From NCBI GenBank assembly GCA_950097015.1, contig CATNEN010000025.1:6200001-6264000 (forward strand): DNA of 64,000 nucleotides, written 5' to 3'. Within the stretch, counting starts at the first letter, position 1; each line of letters begins with the position of its first letter. The stretch is from Macrostomum hystrix. Its lineage: Eukaryota > Animalia > Platyhelminthes. The translations under genes and the position numbers were made by a program. Of the stretch, positions 11,856-25,477 are shown one piece after another. The notes under the pieces were generated by a model, which was given only the letters and a program-made list of their open reading frames with translations, was not told where the DNA came from and did not search any database.

Positions 11856-12878
11856 CCCATCATCTGCTAAATCATAAATCATGATGATCAGAGAGATCTC
11901 GCCTAATATATTCTGGGTTTAGCTGCCTTTACTTTTGGCTTAATGTGGAGAAGCGCTTTCACATCCGGCGCGGCCAATTAGTAAATCATGCCACCCCTAC
12001 TGAAATGAAGCACTAGAAGTGAATTAATCGAACCAGAGGAATCGAGTGTGCTCAGAATCAAATCAGTTCCGTGGTGCCATCAAACATGAGTTTTCCATAT
12101 TTTTCAGAGTTTTTCATGCATCATGGTCTAATCTTGTCCCCTTACGGCTCTCTACTGTTCAAAAAGATTTTTTATCAAACTCAGAACACTTCTGCAAAGA
12201 ACTCAACTTTCGCAGCGATCAGTTTTACTTAAAAAGATTTACCCCTGAAGTATCTCAAGCGCTGGATTCCGACTGTGGCTCCTGCTTCCACTGCAGTGTT
12301 GTATATAGCTAGCCAATTTACTTTCTTTGTACTACTAACTACTAATACTATTTCTACTACTAATGCTACACTAGTAGTAGTAATGTGTCATTAACAACGT
12401 GAAGTGAATAATTGAGCATTGATAGCAACACAGGGACAACTAAAACTCTCGGGACGCGAAACGAGCCAAACAAGCTGTCAAGCCGTGCTCAGGAGTATAA
12501 GGCAAGACTGCCCGTAGGCTTGGTTTGGGTTAGTAGCGAATTTAGTTTATTAGTCACGATGTTTCACGATACACTTGCATATATATATAAGTAGACGAGT
12601 CAACAAGGCTTAAAAGTCAACAGGTGTTGAGTACATCAATAATAAATATTCAGGCTGCGTACATTGGGTCAGAGTGCGGTTGGCGCGCAGGCCTGCAGAT
12701 CTACCACAGTTCACTTGCTTAACACAGTTCACGGTTCATTCACGGCTCAAACCCCGGCACGTCATAAGCCAAACGAGGGTTTTAGTTGTCCCTGTAGCAA
12801 CAACAACACATTTATGCTCGAGCTTAAAATCTTTATAATTTATTCTGCTCCCATAGGAGAACGTTTGTCCAAAAGCCG

Positions 12879-12888
12879 ATGACGTCAT
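12879..12888. promoter_or_regulatory. Palindromic CRE-like element ATGACGTCAT upstream of the GPCR
   Basis: Perfect 10-bp palindrome about 800 bp before the GPCR ATG; function unproven. Confidence 0.25.
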
Positions 12889-13690
12889 TTTCTAAAAATA
12901 GACGTCGTTTTCTGCCTGGGGTAGGTTGCCAGTCGAGTTGCCACTCGAAGAAGAAGCAGAAGAAGCGTTCCGGATTTCAATATTCTGGAGATGAAGGAAT
13001 TTCCATGAAAAACATCAGTCGTATCAGGATCTGTATCAGTCGTTAAATTTGAAAATATTTACCACAAGTTTGCTAAAATATTAAGCAAAAAGCTAACAAT
13101 ACAGTAACAGGAAAGCAGTACAATGTTACAGGTATTGCGCCTTAACTATTCAACTATCCTGTCTGTCTATCGAGTTTATAAAGTGTTTTTTCTATGAAAC
13201 CTCTATTTTTAAAAGGTTGTGATTTAGAAGATAAGTCAGCTTTTAAGCATAAATAATTTAAATCACTGCGAAGTCTTTTAGTATGTGATAGATCAAAATC
13301 TCAGCAGGCAAATCAAATTGTCATATGGATATGTTAGCCGTTCATTGTGGCCGTAGGGAATAGCGAAAAGACAGCGGAAATAAAAGCCAGCCCCCCGCCG
13401 CGATGATCTCTCGGTAACTCGCCAAATCCCATATCCCCTCTGGCATGCGGTCCGCTCTAAACTGCATGTGCCAATCTCATCCCGGCTCGATAAGCCGCCT
13501 TAGCCTGATCCTCCAATGGCTGCGCCATGACACGCACGGCTTTTAAATAGCGAAAGCAGGACAGGGTGCAAGGGATGAGGATTGGGACAGCGGGCTGCAG
13601 CAGGGATTAAAATTGGCCTCGGCGTGCGCCACCCATAAAAAGCTAGATTCAATTCGATTAAAATTCGACAGTTTTCCGGGGCAGGAAATC

Positions 13691-14292
13691 ATGGACCCGG
13701 ATGACCCCTCGACTCACCTGGGCTATAGGCGCGGCTTCAACTGCGCTATGCTCATTGTCTATGGCCTGGTTAGCGCTGCGGCCACCCTGGCCAACTCGGC
13801 GCTCATCTACTCGGCCTGCTCGGTGAGACGTGACGCGCAGACGCCGCTGCTGCCACTGCTGGTGAATCTCGGCGTCTGCGATCTGTTCATCAGCGTTCTG
13901 GTTGTGCCGCTGACCGCCCTGACGTTCGTCCGTTATCGCTGGCAGCTGGGCGGCCTTCTCTGCCCGATGGTGAACTGTGTCAGTGTCACCGCCACCTTCG
14001 GCTCCGTGCTGACCCTAGTGGCCATCAGCCTGCAGCACGGCTTCGGGTTGAGAGCGGCCGCCGCCGCGTTCCGAGGACCTGCCGCTGAAGACGACAGACC
14101 CGGGCGAGCCGGCGGTGGCGGTGTCGGCAGCGGCGCCGGTGGCAGCGGCGGTGGCAGCGGTGGCGGGCAGCTGGCCGGATGGCGACATCGTCGACGCTCC
14201 CTGCCAGCTTGTCTGGTGGCCGTGTGGCTGCTGGCTGTCGCCTGCGGGCTGCCCAACGCTGTGAACTACTCGCTGCAGCCCTGTCCAACAGG
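13691..14292 (+). CDS. Class A (rhodopsin-like) neuropeptide GPCR, exon 1 (TM1-TM4)
   Basis: TM1 (ATLANSAL), TM2 (LVNLGVCDLFISVLVVP), ECL1 W-x-LG-x-x-LC, TM3 (SVLTLVAISLQH), TM4 (VWLLAVACGLP); phase-2 GTGAGC donor at 14293. Confidence 0.92.
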
Positions 14293-15345
14293 GTGAGCGG
14301 CTCGTCTCATTGTACTGAAGGCTGTGAAGATGCGGAGGTGTTGAACCGAGTTTAGAGGCACAGTGGGACGATGGCTTGGGGTGGATGAAGCATGATTAAG
14401 GGAGGCAAAAAAGTGAAGAAGCGAATTAGCTTTGCGGAAAATCCCACTGCACAGCCTCAGCACTCTGAGCACTTGGGAGCTAGAGGAAACGAGCGGCGGC
14501 CCTACTTAAGGGAGTCAGGTTGCTGTCCATCTCTAAGTCGACAGCTGGTTTTAGCAGATTTATGCTTCTCTGATTTCCTCTGTCGCAGTTGTCGGACCTG
14601 CAATTCAGATATCAAAGTCAACAGTTTTCCTGTGTATTGGATCAGGTAACAGTTGACCGATCTTTAATTATCTTCTTCTGGACTTTGCTCTGCTTTTCAG
14701 ACCCAATCCCAGGAAGTTGGGAACACAAATTACCGAGTTTATAGACTGTTTTCAATTCAGACTAGTTCCGAGTTTCTTACTTATATCATAATGTCGCAGA
14801 TTAATGGCCAGAAAATTCAAACAAAAACAGGACAAAAAGTCGGCCCTCGGTCTCCAAGGTGGAGAGGATAGAGTAGACTTGTCCGAGACAGTCCTGGGCA
14901 GGCACACAAAACATTGGCTGATGGACCCTCGCAGATAAGAGGCTTACGGAAGGATAAGCAGGAAGGAGCTGAAAATTTCTCATGCGAGTCCCTCCTCACC
15001 TCCGTGTCCTGCTGGGACCTTGAGCTGAGTTGAGCAGCGCTGCGATTTATATTTAGGATATTGTATCTATTGGCAACCATTTTCTTTTAGCCAGTTTTTT
15101 TCTACGAAAAAATATTCTTCTTTTGTCGTTGCATGAAAAGGGATTTACCTGGTGATTAATTAATCATATTCTGTGGGCGGCAGCTGGAGGAACATGGGAA
15201 CAGGCAACCGAGAGTATGTGCTTAATATGTTTATACATATAGAAATGAGATATAACAGAGGCTAGAATACAAACCGATGAAGACGAAGGGGAAGATAGAG
15301 GGTTGAATATGAAGCGAATATATGATATGACTGAGACAAAGCGGG

Positions 15346-15765
15346 GAGATGAAGGGAGTGAGATGAAGGGAGTGAGATGAAGGGAGTGAGATGAAGGGAG
15401 TGAGATGAAGGGAGTGAGATGAAGGGAGTGAGATGAAGGGAGTGAGATGAAGGGAGTGAGATGAAGGGAGTGAGATGAAGGGAGTGAGATGAAGGGAGTG
15501 AGATGAAGGGAGTGAGATGAAGGGAGTGAGATGAAGGGAGTGAGATGAAGGGAGTGAGATGAAGGGAGTGAGATGAAGGGAGTGAGATGAAGGGAGTGAG
15601 ATGAAGGGAGTGAGATGAAGGGAGTGAGATGAAGGGAGTGAGATGAAGGGAGTGAGATGAAGGGAGTGAGATGAAGGGAGTGAGATGAAGGGAGTGAGAT
15701 GAAGGGAGTGAGATGAAGGGAGTGAGATGAAGGGAGTGAGATGAAGGGAGTGAGATAAAGAGAGT
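15346..15765. repeat. 14-bp minisatellite (GAGATGAAGGGAGT) in the GPCR intron
   Basis: About 29 near-perfect copies. Confidence 0.97.
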
Positions 15766-15858
15766 GAAGGAAGTGGGACGGTGATGAAGGGAAAGTGACA
15801 GGGAAGGAGACAGTAGGTAGTTAATAAACATTAAGGTGCAACACGCACCAAGGCGCAG

Positions 15859-16642
15859 GGTCGTGGTGACATCAAGTTACTTCAACGCGCCGCCCCTCAG
15901 TCCTCCACCCTGGTGGAACTCCAGCGACTCATCTTCGTGCTTGCTGTGCGTTGAGAACTGGAATCGAAGCCTGCTGCTTCTGGGACTCGAGCCCAGCCAC
16001 AGCAGCGAGTCCGCGGCCCGGCTGTACTACACCCTGACTGTGCTCTCCCTGCTGTTCGCCCTGCCGGCCATTGTGATCGCTGCCGCCCATTGTCGAATCT
16101 ATCGCCTCTTGGCCGCCTCGCTGCGTCGTAGGCGCAGTCACCTCCGCCTGTTGAGCCTCGGCGATGAAGCAGCCGGAGCGCCGCCCGCAGCTGCCAGCTC
16201 CTTGGTGACGTCATCATCGTCGTCAGTTCGCGTCAATCGGGCCAAGCGCATCTACCGCCTGTCGATTGTCATGGTGGCCATTTTCGTGCTCTTCTGGGCT
16301 CCATTCCACGTTTGGAACCTGTTCGTTGACGCCTACCTGTACAGCTTGATTGGGGAGGCCTTCAACTCCTATTACATCCTGGTCAAGGATCTGTATGTGG
16401 TGTTCATGTGTCTCGCCCTGTCCAACTGTCTGGCCAATCCGATCTTTCTGTTCTGCACTCACTCGGCGTACAGGCGGGCCCTCAGGAAGCTGCTGAGTCC
16501 GTGTGGTGCTGCAGCTTCTCCGGCCGCTGCCGGAAATGCGCAGTCGCTGGCCGAAGAAGCCGACCACAATCTGGGAGGCTTCGGCAGCAGCGGGCAGCAG
16601 GAGACTCTCGGCATCAGCGGCTCGCGCGCGTCAGCTGTATGA
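15859..16642 (+). CDS. Class A GPCR, exon 2 (ECL2, TM5-TM7, tail); NPY/NPF/PrRP-receptor-like
   Basis: CVENW in ECL2, TM5 LFALPAIVI, TM6 FVLFWAPFHVWNLFVD, TM7 CLALSNCLANPIFL. Acceptor uncertain: phase-2 AGs would start the exon at 15853 or 15859. Confidence 0.9.
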
Positions 16643-16900
16643 CAAGCTTGACCTAGCTTGACCCAGCTTGACCTAGTTTGACGTTGCTTGACATATTGTC
16701 CTAGCTTGATCTAGCTTGACCTAGCTTGACCCAGCTTGACTAGCTTGATTCAGCTTGATCCAGCTTGACCTGGTTTGATCTAGCTTGACCTAGCTTGACC
16801 TAGCTTGACCTAGCCTAACCTAGCTTTGATCCAGCTTGATCCAGCTAGGCCTTTCTTGACCATCTTGACCTATCTTGACCTAGAATGACCAAGCTTGGTA
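16643..16900. repeat. 10-bp degenerate repeat (CCTAGCTTGA) immediately after the GPCR stop codon
   Basis: About 25 variable copies starting right after TGA at 16640-16642. Confidence 0.9.
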
Positions 16901-17464
16901 TAGATTGTGTAGTGATCTACCTGACATGCACAAAGACAGGCACCTGACCGAATTTCGGACCCGATCTTAAAAATTGACTTAGATCTAGTGTGACATGACA
17001 TCTGGCCTTGTCTGACTTTCATTCGATGGTGACGATTCGATTCTCGAAAAGTGAATTCACGAGTTCAGTCCTAAAGATTTCGTAGTATTTGTATTGGTTA
17101 CATCTATCTCTAGACTATCAATTTAAATTTCAGTCTTGAACGCAAAATTTATTGCTTAAGAAACTCGTTGTCTGAAGAAATTGTTTTTCTCTGCAAATTT
17201 CGCCAGTGTTACCCACTTTCAGTCTCACAAAAAATGACGGAAAGGTGTTAGCAAATATATACAAGTACAAGTATAATACCCTCAAATGTATTTAACAATC
17301 CTGCTTAAACTTTGCTGTTTTACAATCTGACTGAATTATCTAAGCCAACAAAAAAACGTTTCCGACTACTGACACTTTAAAAGTAGCAATTTTAGAGTTC
17401 ATCGCCTAAAGTAAAATATGCAACTATTGCATCTATTGATGCCATCTAGACTTGTGTCATCCCC

Positions 17465-18421
17465 TATACCATCACTCCCCTGTCTCATCGCTCCCCTGTC
17501 TCATCGCTCCCCTGTCTCATCTTTGCCTTATCTCATCGCTCCCCTGTCTCATCTCTCCCCTGTCTCATCTCTCCCCTGTCTCATCTCTCCCAGCTGTCTC
17601 ATCTCTCCCCTGTCTCATCTTTGCCTTATCTCATCGCTCCCCTGTCTCATCTCTCCCCTGTCTCATCTCTCCCAGCTGTCTCATCTCTCCCCTGTCTCAT
17701 CTCTCCCCTGTCTCATCTCTCCCCTGTCTCATCTTTCCCCTGTCTCATCTCTCCCCTGTCTCATCTCTCCCAGCTGTCTCATCTCTCCCCTGTCTCATCT
17801 TTGCCTTATCTCATCGCTCCCCTGTCTCATCTCTCCCCTGTCTCATCTCTCCCCTGTCTCATCTCTCCCAGCTGTCTCATCTCTCCCCTGTCTCATCTCT
17901 CCCCTGTCTCATCTCTCCCCTGTCTCATCTCTCCCCTGTCTCATCTTTCCCCTGTCTCATCTCTCCCCTGTCTCATCTCTCCCCTGTCTCATCTCTCCCC
18001 TGTCTCATCTCTCCCAGCTGTCTCATCTCTCCCCTGTCTCATCTCTCCCCTGTCTCATCTCTCCCCTGTCTCATCTTTCCCCTGTCTCATCTCTCCCCTG
18101 TCTCATCTCTCCCCTGTCTCATCTCTCCCCTGTCTCATCTCTCCCCTGTCTCATCTCTCCCCTGTCTCATCTCTCCCCTGTCTCATCTCTCCCCTGTCTC
18201 ATCTCTCCCCTGTCTCATCTCTCCCCTGTCTCATCTCTCCCCTGTCTCATCTCTCCCCTGTCTCATCTTTCCCCTGTCTCATCTCTCCCCTGTCTCATCT
18301 CTCCCCTGTCTCATCTCTCCCCTGTCTCATCTCTCCCCTGTCTCATCTTTCCCCTGTCTCATCTCTCCCCTGTCTCATCTCTCCCCTGTCTCATCTCTCC
18401 CCTGTCTCATCTCTCCCCTGT
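17465..18421. repeat. 16-bp minisatellite (CTCATCTCTCCCCTGT)
   Basis: Tandem with variants; same family as 48281-49245. Confidence 0.96.
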
Positions 18422-19429
18422 TTTTATCTTACTTGTCTCATGCAGTGAACAACAAAGTTGTCCATTTTTCGGAATATTTTTTTTCTGCCAATAAGTCGAA
18501 ATAAAAATTTATTGTACGAGATATATCATCACAGACAACAAAGTCTGACGTCATGGACTTTAATGCTATTTTTAGACACACACCGGCACACCAATTCCTT
18601 TGCTTTGATAGCGGGTAGGCAGCCCAGTAAATTGTTAGCAGAAAAAATTCACAAAAACTCCATGCAATCTCAAGGAGCTAACCAGCAAAGGGACAGAGAG
18701 ATGAGATGTGCCGCAGCCGGAGCAGAAGGCCGAGTTCCCTATTTCCTAATAAGGGGCAACTACTGATCATATGCAAATACAGATTAAAGATAACAGTTAG
18801 CGAGGCGAGCTGTGAGCATAGTTGAGTGCAGTCGGGGTGCATTCAAAGCTTAATTTATTGTATCTTTATCAGGGCAAACAGTAAGCTGGTCATATTGCAT
18901 CTCCCATTAATTATTCAGCCATTCGGGCATTGATTTTGGAAAAATGCCATAAAAATGACAAAGGATGGGGTCGAATTTTCTCTTTCGGATGTTAGTAAGA
19001 AATTTCCACCAGTTGTGCAGCAGACATTGTGTCTAAATCGGACTAATAGTACATTAATTTTGGAGACCACCTGAGCCTGTTTGTCTTAGAGACCGATTTT
19101 AATTCTACATACTACTCTACAGGCCTTTGACTGACTTGACTACAAAAACTCCACTAGAATTGCATGGCCTTTACACTGCCGTCATCTTGAACAGAATCTA
19201 TTTTTAGAAACTTGTCTTCAACTCCGCATGCCGTCGCACGCGGCAAGCCAGTCTTGATCTGTTTTTTTGAGTTTGAGTTTCGCTTTATTTACCCAAACAA
19301 AGGAATCGTTTAGCAATAGCGCTTGTCCAGCGTTAGCCACAGAGTGCACTCAGAAGCCGATTCACTCCAGCGAAGTCACTCACACAAACCCTCTACAAAC
19401 TTCTACGAATTCACGGCATGGATAAGCAG

Positions 19430-22400
19430 GAGCGTCACAGAAAGACACTTGAAGACACATGAGTATTACAGAAAGACACTTAAAGACACATGAGTATTAC
19501 AGAAAGACACTTAAAGACACAGGAGCATTACAGAAAGACACTTAAAGACACATGAGTATTACAGAAAGACACTTAAAGACACATGAGTATTGCAGAAAGA
19601 CACTTAAAGACACATGAGCATTACAGAAAGACACTTAAAGACACATGAGCATTACAGAAAGACACTTAAAGACACATGAGTATTACAGAAAGACACTTAA
19701 AGACACGAGCATTACAGAAAGACACTTAAAGACACATGAGTATTACAGAAAGACACTTAAAGACACATGAGTATTACAGAAAGACACTTAAAGACACGAG
19801 CATTACAGAAAGACACTTAAAGACACATGAGTATTACAGAAAGACACTTAAAGACACATGAGCATTACAGAAAGACACTTAAAGACACGAGTATTACAGA
19901 AAGACACTTAAAGACACATGAGTATTACAGAAAGACACTTAAAGACACATGAGTATTACAGAAAGACACTTAAAGACACATGAGCATTACAGAAAGACAC
20001 TTAAAGACACGAGTATTACAGAAAGACACTTAAAGACACATGAGCATTACAGAAAGATATTTAAAAATACACAGGAGCATTACAGAAAGATATTTAAATA
20101 CACACGAGTATTACAGAAAGATACTTAAATACACAGGAGCATTACAGAAAGATACTTAAATACACACGAGTATTACAGAAAGATACTTAAATACACAGGA
20201 GCATTACAGAAAGATACTTAAAGACACAGGAGCATTACAGAAAGATACTTAAAGACATATGAGCATTACAGAAAGACACTTAAAGACACGAGTATTACAG
20301 AAAGACACTTAAAGACACATGAGTATTACAGAAAGACACTTAAAGACACATGAGTATTACAGAAAGACACTTAAAGACACATGAGCATTACAGAAAGACA
20401 CTTAAAGACACGAGTATTACAGAAAGACACTTAAAGACACATGAGCATTACAGAAAGATATTTAAAAATACACAGGAGCATTACAGAAAGATACTTAAAT
20501 ACACACGAGTATTACAGAAAGATACTTAAATACACAGGAGCATTACAGAAAGATACTTAAATACACACGAGTATTACAGAAAGATACTTAAATACACAGG
20601 AGCATTACAGAAAGATACTTAAAGACACAGGAGCATTACAGAAAGATACTTAAAGACACATGAGCATTACAGAAAGACACTTAAAGACACGAGTATTACA
20701 GAAAGACACTTAAAGACACATGAGTATTACAGAAAGACACTTAAAGACACATGAGTATTACAGAAAGACACTTAAAGACACATGAGTATTACAGAAAGAC
20801 ACTTAAAGACACGAGCATTACAGAAAGACACTTAAAGACACATGAGTATTACAGAAAGACACTTAAAGACACATGAGCATTACAGAAAGACACTTAAAGA
20901 CACATGAGCATTACAGAAAGACACTTAAAGACACATGAGTATTACAGAAAGACACTTAAAGACACATGAGCATTACAGAAAGACACTTAAAGACACATGA
21001 GTATTACAGAAAGACACTTTAAGACACAGGAGCATTACAGAAAGATACTTAAAGACACAGGAGCATTACAGAAAGATACTTAAAGACACGAGTATTACAG
21101 AAAGATTCTTAAATACACAGGAGCATTACAGAAAGACACTTAAAGACACAGGAGCATTACAGAAAGTTACTTAAAGACACAGGAGCATTACCGAAAGATA
21201 CTTAAATACACAGGAGCATTACAGAAAGATACTTAAATACACAGGAGCATTACAGAAAGATACTTAAAGACACAGGAGCATTACAGAAAGATACTTAAAT
21301 ACACAGGAGCATTACAGAAAGACACTTAAAGACACAGGAGCATTACAGAAAGATACTTAAATACACAGGAGCATTACAGAAAGATACTTAAAGACACAGG
21401 AGCATTACAGAAAGATACTTAAAGACACAGGAGCATTACAGAAAGACACTTAAAGACACGAGTATTACAGAAAGACACTTAAAGACACATGAGCATTACA
21501 GAAAGACACTTAAAGACACGAGTATTACAGAAAGACACTTAAAGACACATGAGTATTACAGAAAGACACTTAAAGACACATGAGTATTACAGAAAGACAC
21601 TTAAAGACACATGAGCATTACAGAAAGACACTTAAAGACACATGAGTATTACAGAAAGACACTTAAAGACACAGGAGCATTACAGAAAGATACTTAAAGA
21701 CACAGGAGCATTACAGAAAGATACTTAAAGACACAGGAGCATTACAGAAAGATACTTAAAGACACGAGTATTACAGAAAGATTCTTAAATACACAGGAGC
21801 ATTACAGAAAGATACTTAAATACACAGGAGCATTACAGAAAGATACTTAAAGACACAGGAGCATTACAGAAAGATACTTAAATACACAGGAGCATTACAG
21901 AAAGATACTTAAATACACAGGAGCATTACAGAAAGATACTTAAAGACACAGGAGCATTACAGAAAGATACTTAAAGACACAGGAGCATTACAGAAAGATA
22001 CTTAAATACACAGGAGCATTACAGAAAGATACTTAAGGACACAGGAGCATTACAGAAAGATACTTAAAGACACAGGAGCATTACAGAAAGATACTTAAAT
22101 ACACAGGAGCATTACAGAAAGATACTTAAAGACACAGGAGCATTACAGAAAGATACTTAAATACACAGGAGCATTACAGAAAGATACTTAAAGACACAGG
22201 AGCATTACAGAAAGATACTTAAATACACAGGAGCATTACAGAAAGACACTTAAAGACACAGGAGCATTACAGAAAGATACTTAAAGACACAGGAGCAATA
22301 CAGAAAGATACTTAAAGACACGAGTATTACAGAAAGATTCTTAAATACACACGAGTATTACAGAAAGATTCTTAAATACACAGGAGCATTACAGAAAGAC

Positions 22401-24725
22401 ACTTAAAGACACAGGAGCATTACAGAAAGATACTTAAAGACACAGGAGCATTACAGAAAGATACTTAAAGACACGAGTATTACAGAAAGATTCTTAAATA
22501 CACAGGAGTATTACAGAAAGATACTTAAATACACAGGAGCATTACAGAAAGATACTTAAATACACAGGAGCATTACAGAAAGATACTTAAAGACACAGGA
22601 GCATTACAGAAAGATACTTAAAGACACGAGTATTACAGAAAGATTCTTAAATACACAGGAGTATTACGGAAAGACACTTAAAGTCCCATGAGTATTACAG
22701 AAAGACACTTAAAGACACAGGAGCATTACGGAAAGACACTTAAAGTCCCATGAGTATTACAGAAAGACACTTAAAGACACGAGTATTACAGAAAGACACT
22801 TAAAGACACATGAGTATTACAGAAAGACACTTAAAGTCCCATGAGTATTACAGAAAGACACTTAAAGACACGAGTATTACAGAAAGACACTTAAAGACAC
22901 ATGAGTATTACAGAAAGACACTTAAAGACACATGAGTATTACAGAAAGACACTTAAAGACACATGAGTATTACAGAAAGACACTTAAAGTCCCATGAGTA
23001 TTACAGAAAGACACTAAAATACACAGGAGTATTACAGAAAGACACTTAAAGACACATGAGCATTACGGAAAGACACTTAAAGTCCCATGAGTATTGCAGA
23101 AAGACACTTAAAGACACAGGAGTATTACAGAAAGACACTTAAAGACACGAGTATTACAGAAAGACACTTAAAGACACATGAGTATTGCAGAAAGACACTT
23201 AAAGACACAGGAGTATTACAGAAAGACACTTAAAGACACAGGAGTATTACAGAAAGACACTTAAAGACACAGGAGCATTACAGAAAGACACTTAAAGACA
23301 CATGAGTATTACAGAAAGACACTTAAAGACACAGGAGTATTACAGAAAGACACTTAAAGACACATGAGCATTACGGAAAGACACTTAAAGACACATGAGT
23401 ATTACAGAAAAACACTTAAAGACACATGAGTATTACAGAAAGACACTTAAAGACACATGAGCATTACGGAAAGACACTTAAAGACACATGAGTATTACAG
23501 AAAAACACTTAAAGACACATGAGTATTACAGAAAGACACTTAAAGACACATGAGCATTACGGAAAGACACTTAAAGACACATGAGTATTGCAGAAAGACA
23601 CTTAAAGACACAGGAGTATTACAGAAAGACACTTAAATACACAGGAGCATTACAGAAAGATACTTAAATACACAGGAGCATTACAGAAAGATACTTAAAG
23701 ACACAGGAGCATTACAGAAAGATACTTAAAGACACGAGTATTACAGAAAGATTCTTAAATACACAGGAGTATTACGGAAAGACACTTAAAGTCCCATGAG
23801 TATTACAGAAAGACACTTAAAGACACAGGAGCATTACGGAAAGACACTTAAAGTCCCATGAGTATTACAGAAAGACACTTAAAGACACGAGTATTACAGA
23901 AAGACACTTAAAGACACATGAGTATTACAGAAAGACACTTAAAGTCCCATGAGTATTACAGAAAGACACTTAAAGACACGAGTATTACAGAAAGACACTT
24001 AAAGACACATGAGTATTACAGAAAGACACTTAAAGACACATGAGTATTACAGAAAGACACTTAAAGACACATGAGTATTACAGAAAGACACTTAAAGTCC
24101 CATGAGTATTACAGAAAGACACTAAAATACACAGGAGTATTACAGAAAGACACTTAAAGACACATGAGCATTACGGAAAGACACTTAAAGTCCCATGAGT
24201 ATTGCAGAAAGACACTTAAAGACACAGGAGTATTACAGAAAGACACTTAAAGACACGAGTATTACAGAAAGACACTTAAAGACACATGAGTATTGCAGAA
24301 AGACACTTAAAGACACAGGAGTATTACAGAAAGACACTTAAAGACACAGGAGTATTACAGAAAGACACTTAAAGACACAGGAGCATTACAGAAAGACACT
24401 TAAAGACACATGAGTATTACAGAAAGACACTTAAAGACACAGGAGTATTACAGAAAGACACTTAAAGACACATGAGCATTACGGAAAGACACTTAAAGAC
24501 ACATGAGTATTACAGAAAAACACTTAAAGACACATGAGTATTACAGAAAGACACTTAAAGACACATGAGCATTACGGAAAGACACTTAAAGACACATGAG
24601 TATTACAGAAAAACACTTAAAGACACATGAGTATTACAGAAAAACACTTAAAGACACATGAGTATTAGAGAAAGACACTTAAAGACACATGAGTATTACA
24701 GAAAGACACTTAAAAAGACACTTTA
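19430..24725. repeat. 31/29-bp minisatellite (GAGTATTACAGAAAGACACTTAAAGACACAT), about 5.3 kb with higher-order duplications
   Basis: Longest array in the window; variant units recur at offsets of about 401 bp and 1108 bp. Confidence 0.97.
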
Positions 24726-25477
24726 AGTTGGCTACTTAAAAAGAAATTATAAATCTAAATTTAGATGTATTTTTAACTAGTTAAACACAATGTGAACCCA
24801 ATCAGTTTGCGCTTCTGATTGTTTACTTTGAATCATATGGCATCCATTTACGCGTTTTAACTATTTTTAGTATTAGGACAAAACGTATTCTGTCGAGCTT
24901 AAAACTACTTTTCATGCTATCGAGATCACACGAAACAGCTTATTCCAGTAGTCCGAACTAGCATAACAAATGGGCAACTTCCTCAATAGCTTGTGTCTGA
25001 TTAGCCATGTTAAAGTAAAACCATGCAGCAGACCCAACAAGCATTTCTGCCAGGGCTGTTGCTGCCAGGAGCGCCAGATAATGCACTCACGAACAAAAAT
25101 TTATGATTTATGAGTATGAGCCCACCATGGGCTAATGATCCCTGAAGCAAGAGAGAACGATACAGTCCTCACAGGGAACTGGTACCACTAGGAGTCAGAA
25201 TGCCCAACTGCAGGCACTCAGTTGAGGAACCCTGTGGCTAACACTACACAACCCTGGGTCTGTTCCACACACAAATGAGCTGCTGTTTTCATTGGTTGCT
25301 GGCCCAAGGGGGTGAGCTAGGGGTTGGCCAACGAATAAAAGTTAACAAACGAACAGAAACTTTTGCACAGCATCGATATCAGACAAAAATAACTTGAAAA
25401 AATTGATCCAACGTGTCTTTTCTGCTAATTTTCAACTAAAAGCCCACCTATGCAAGGGACACCTAGCTGAGCTATCA

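Noticed and set aside
17418-18504. ORFs over the 16-bp arrays (also 6828-8105, 42759-43522, 48166-49285) and the 17/22-bp arrays at 570-1398
   Set aside because: Repeat artefacts with unit lengths not divisible by 3.
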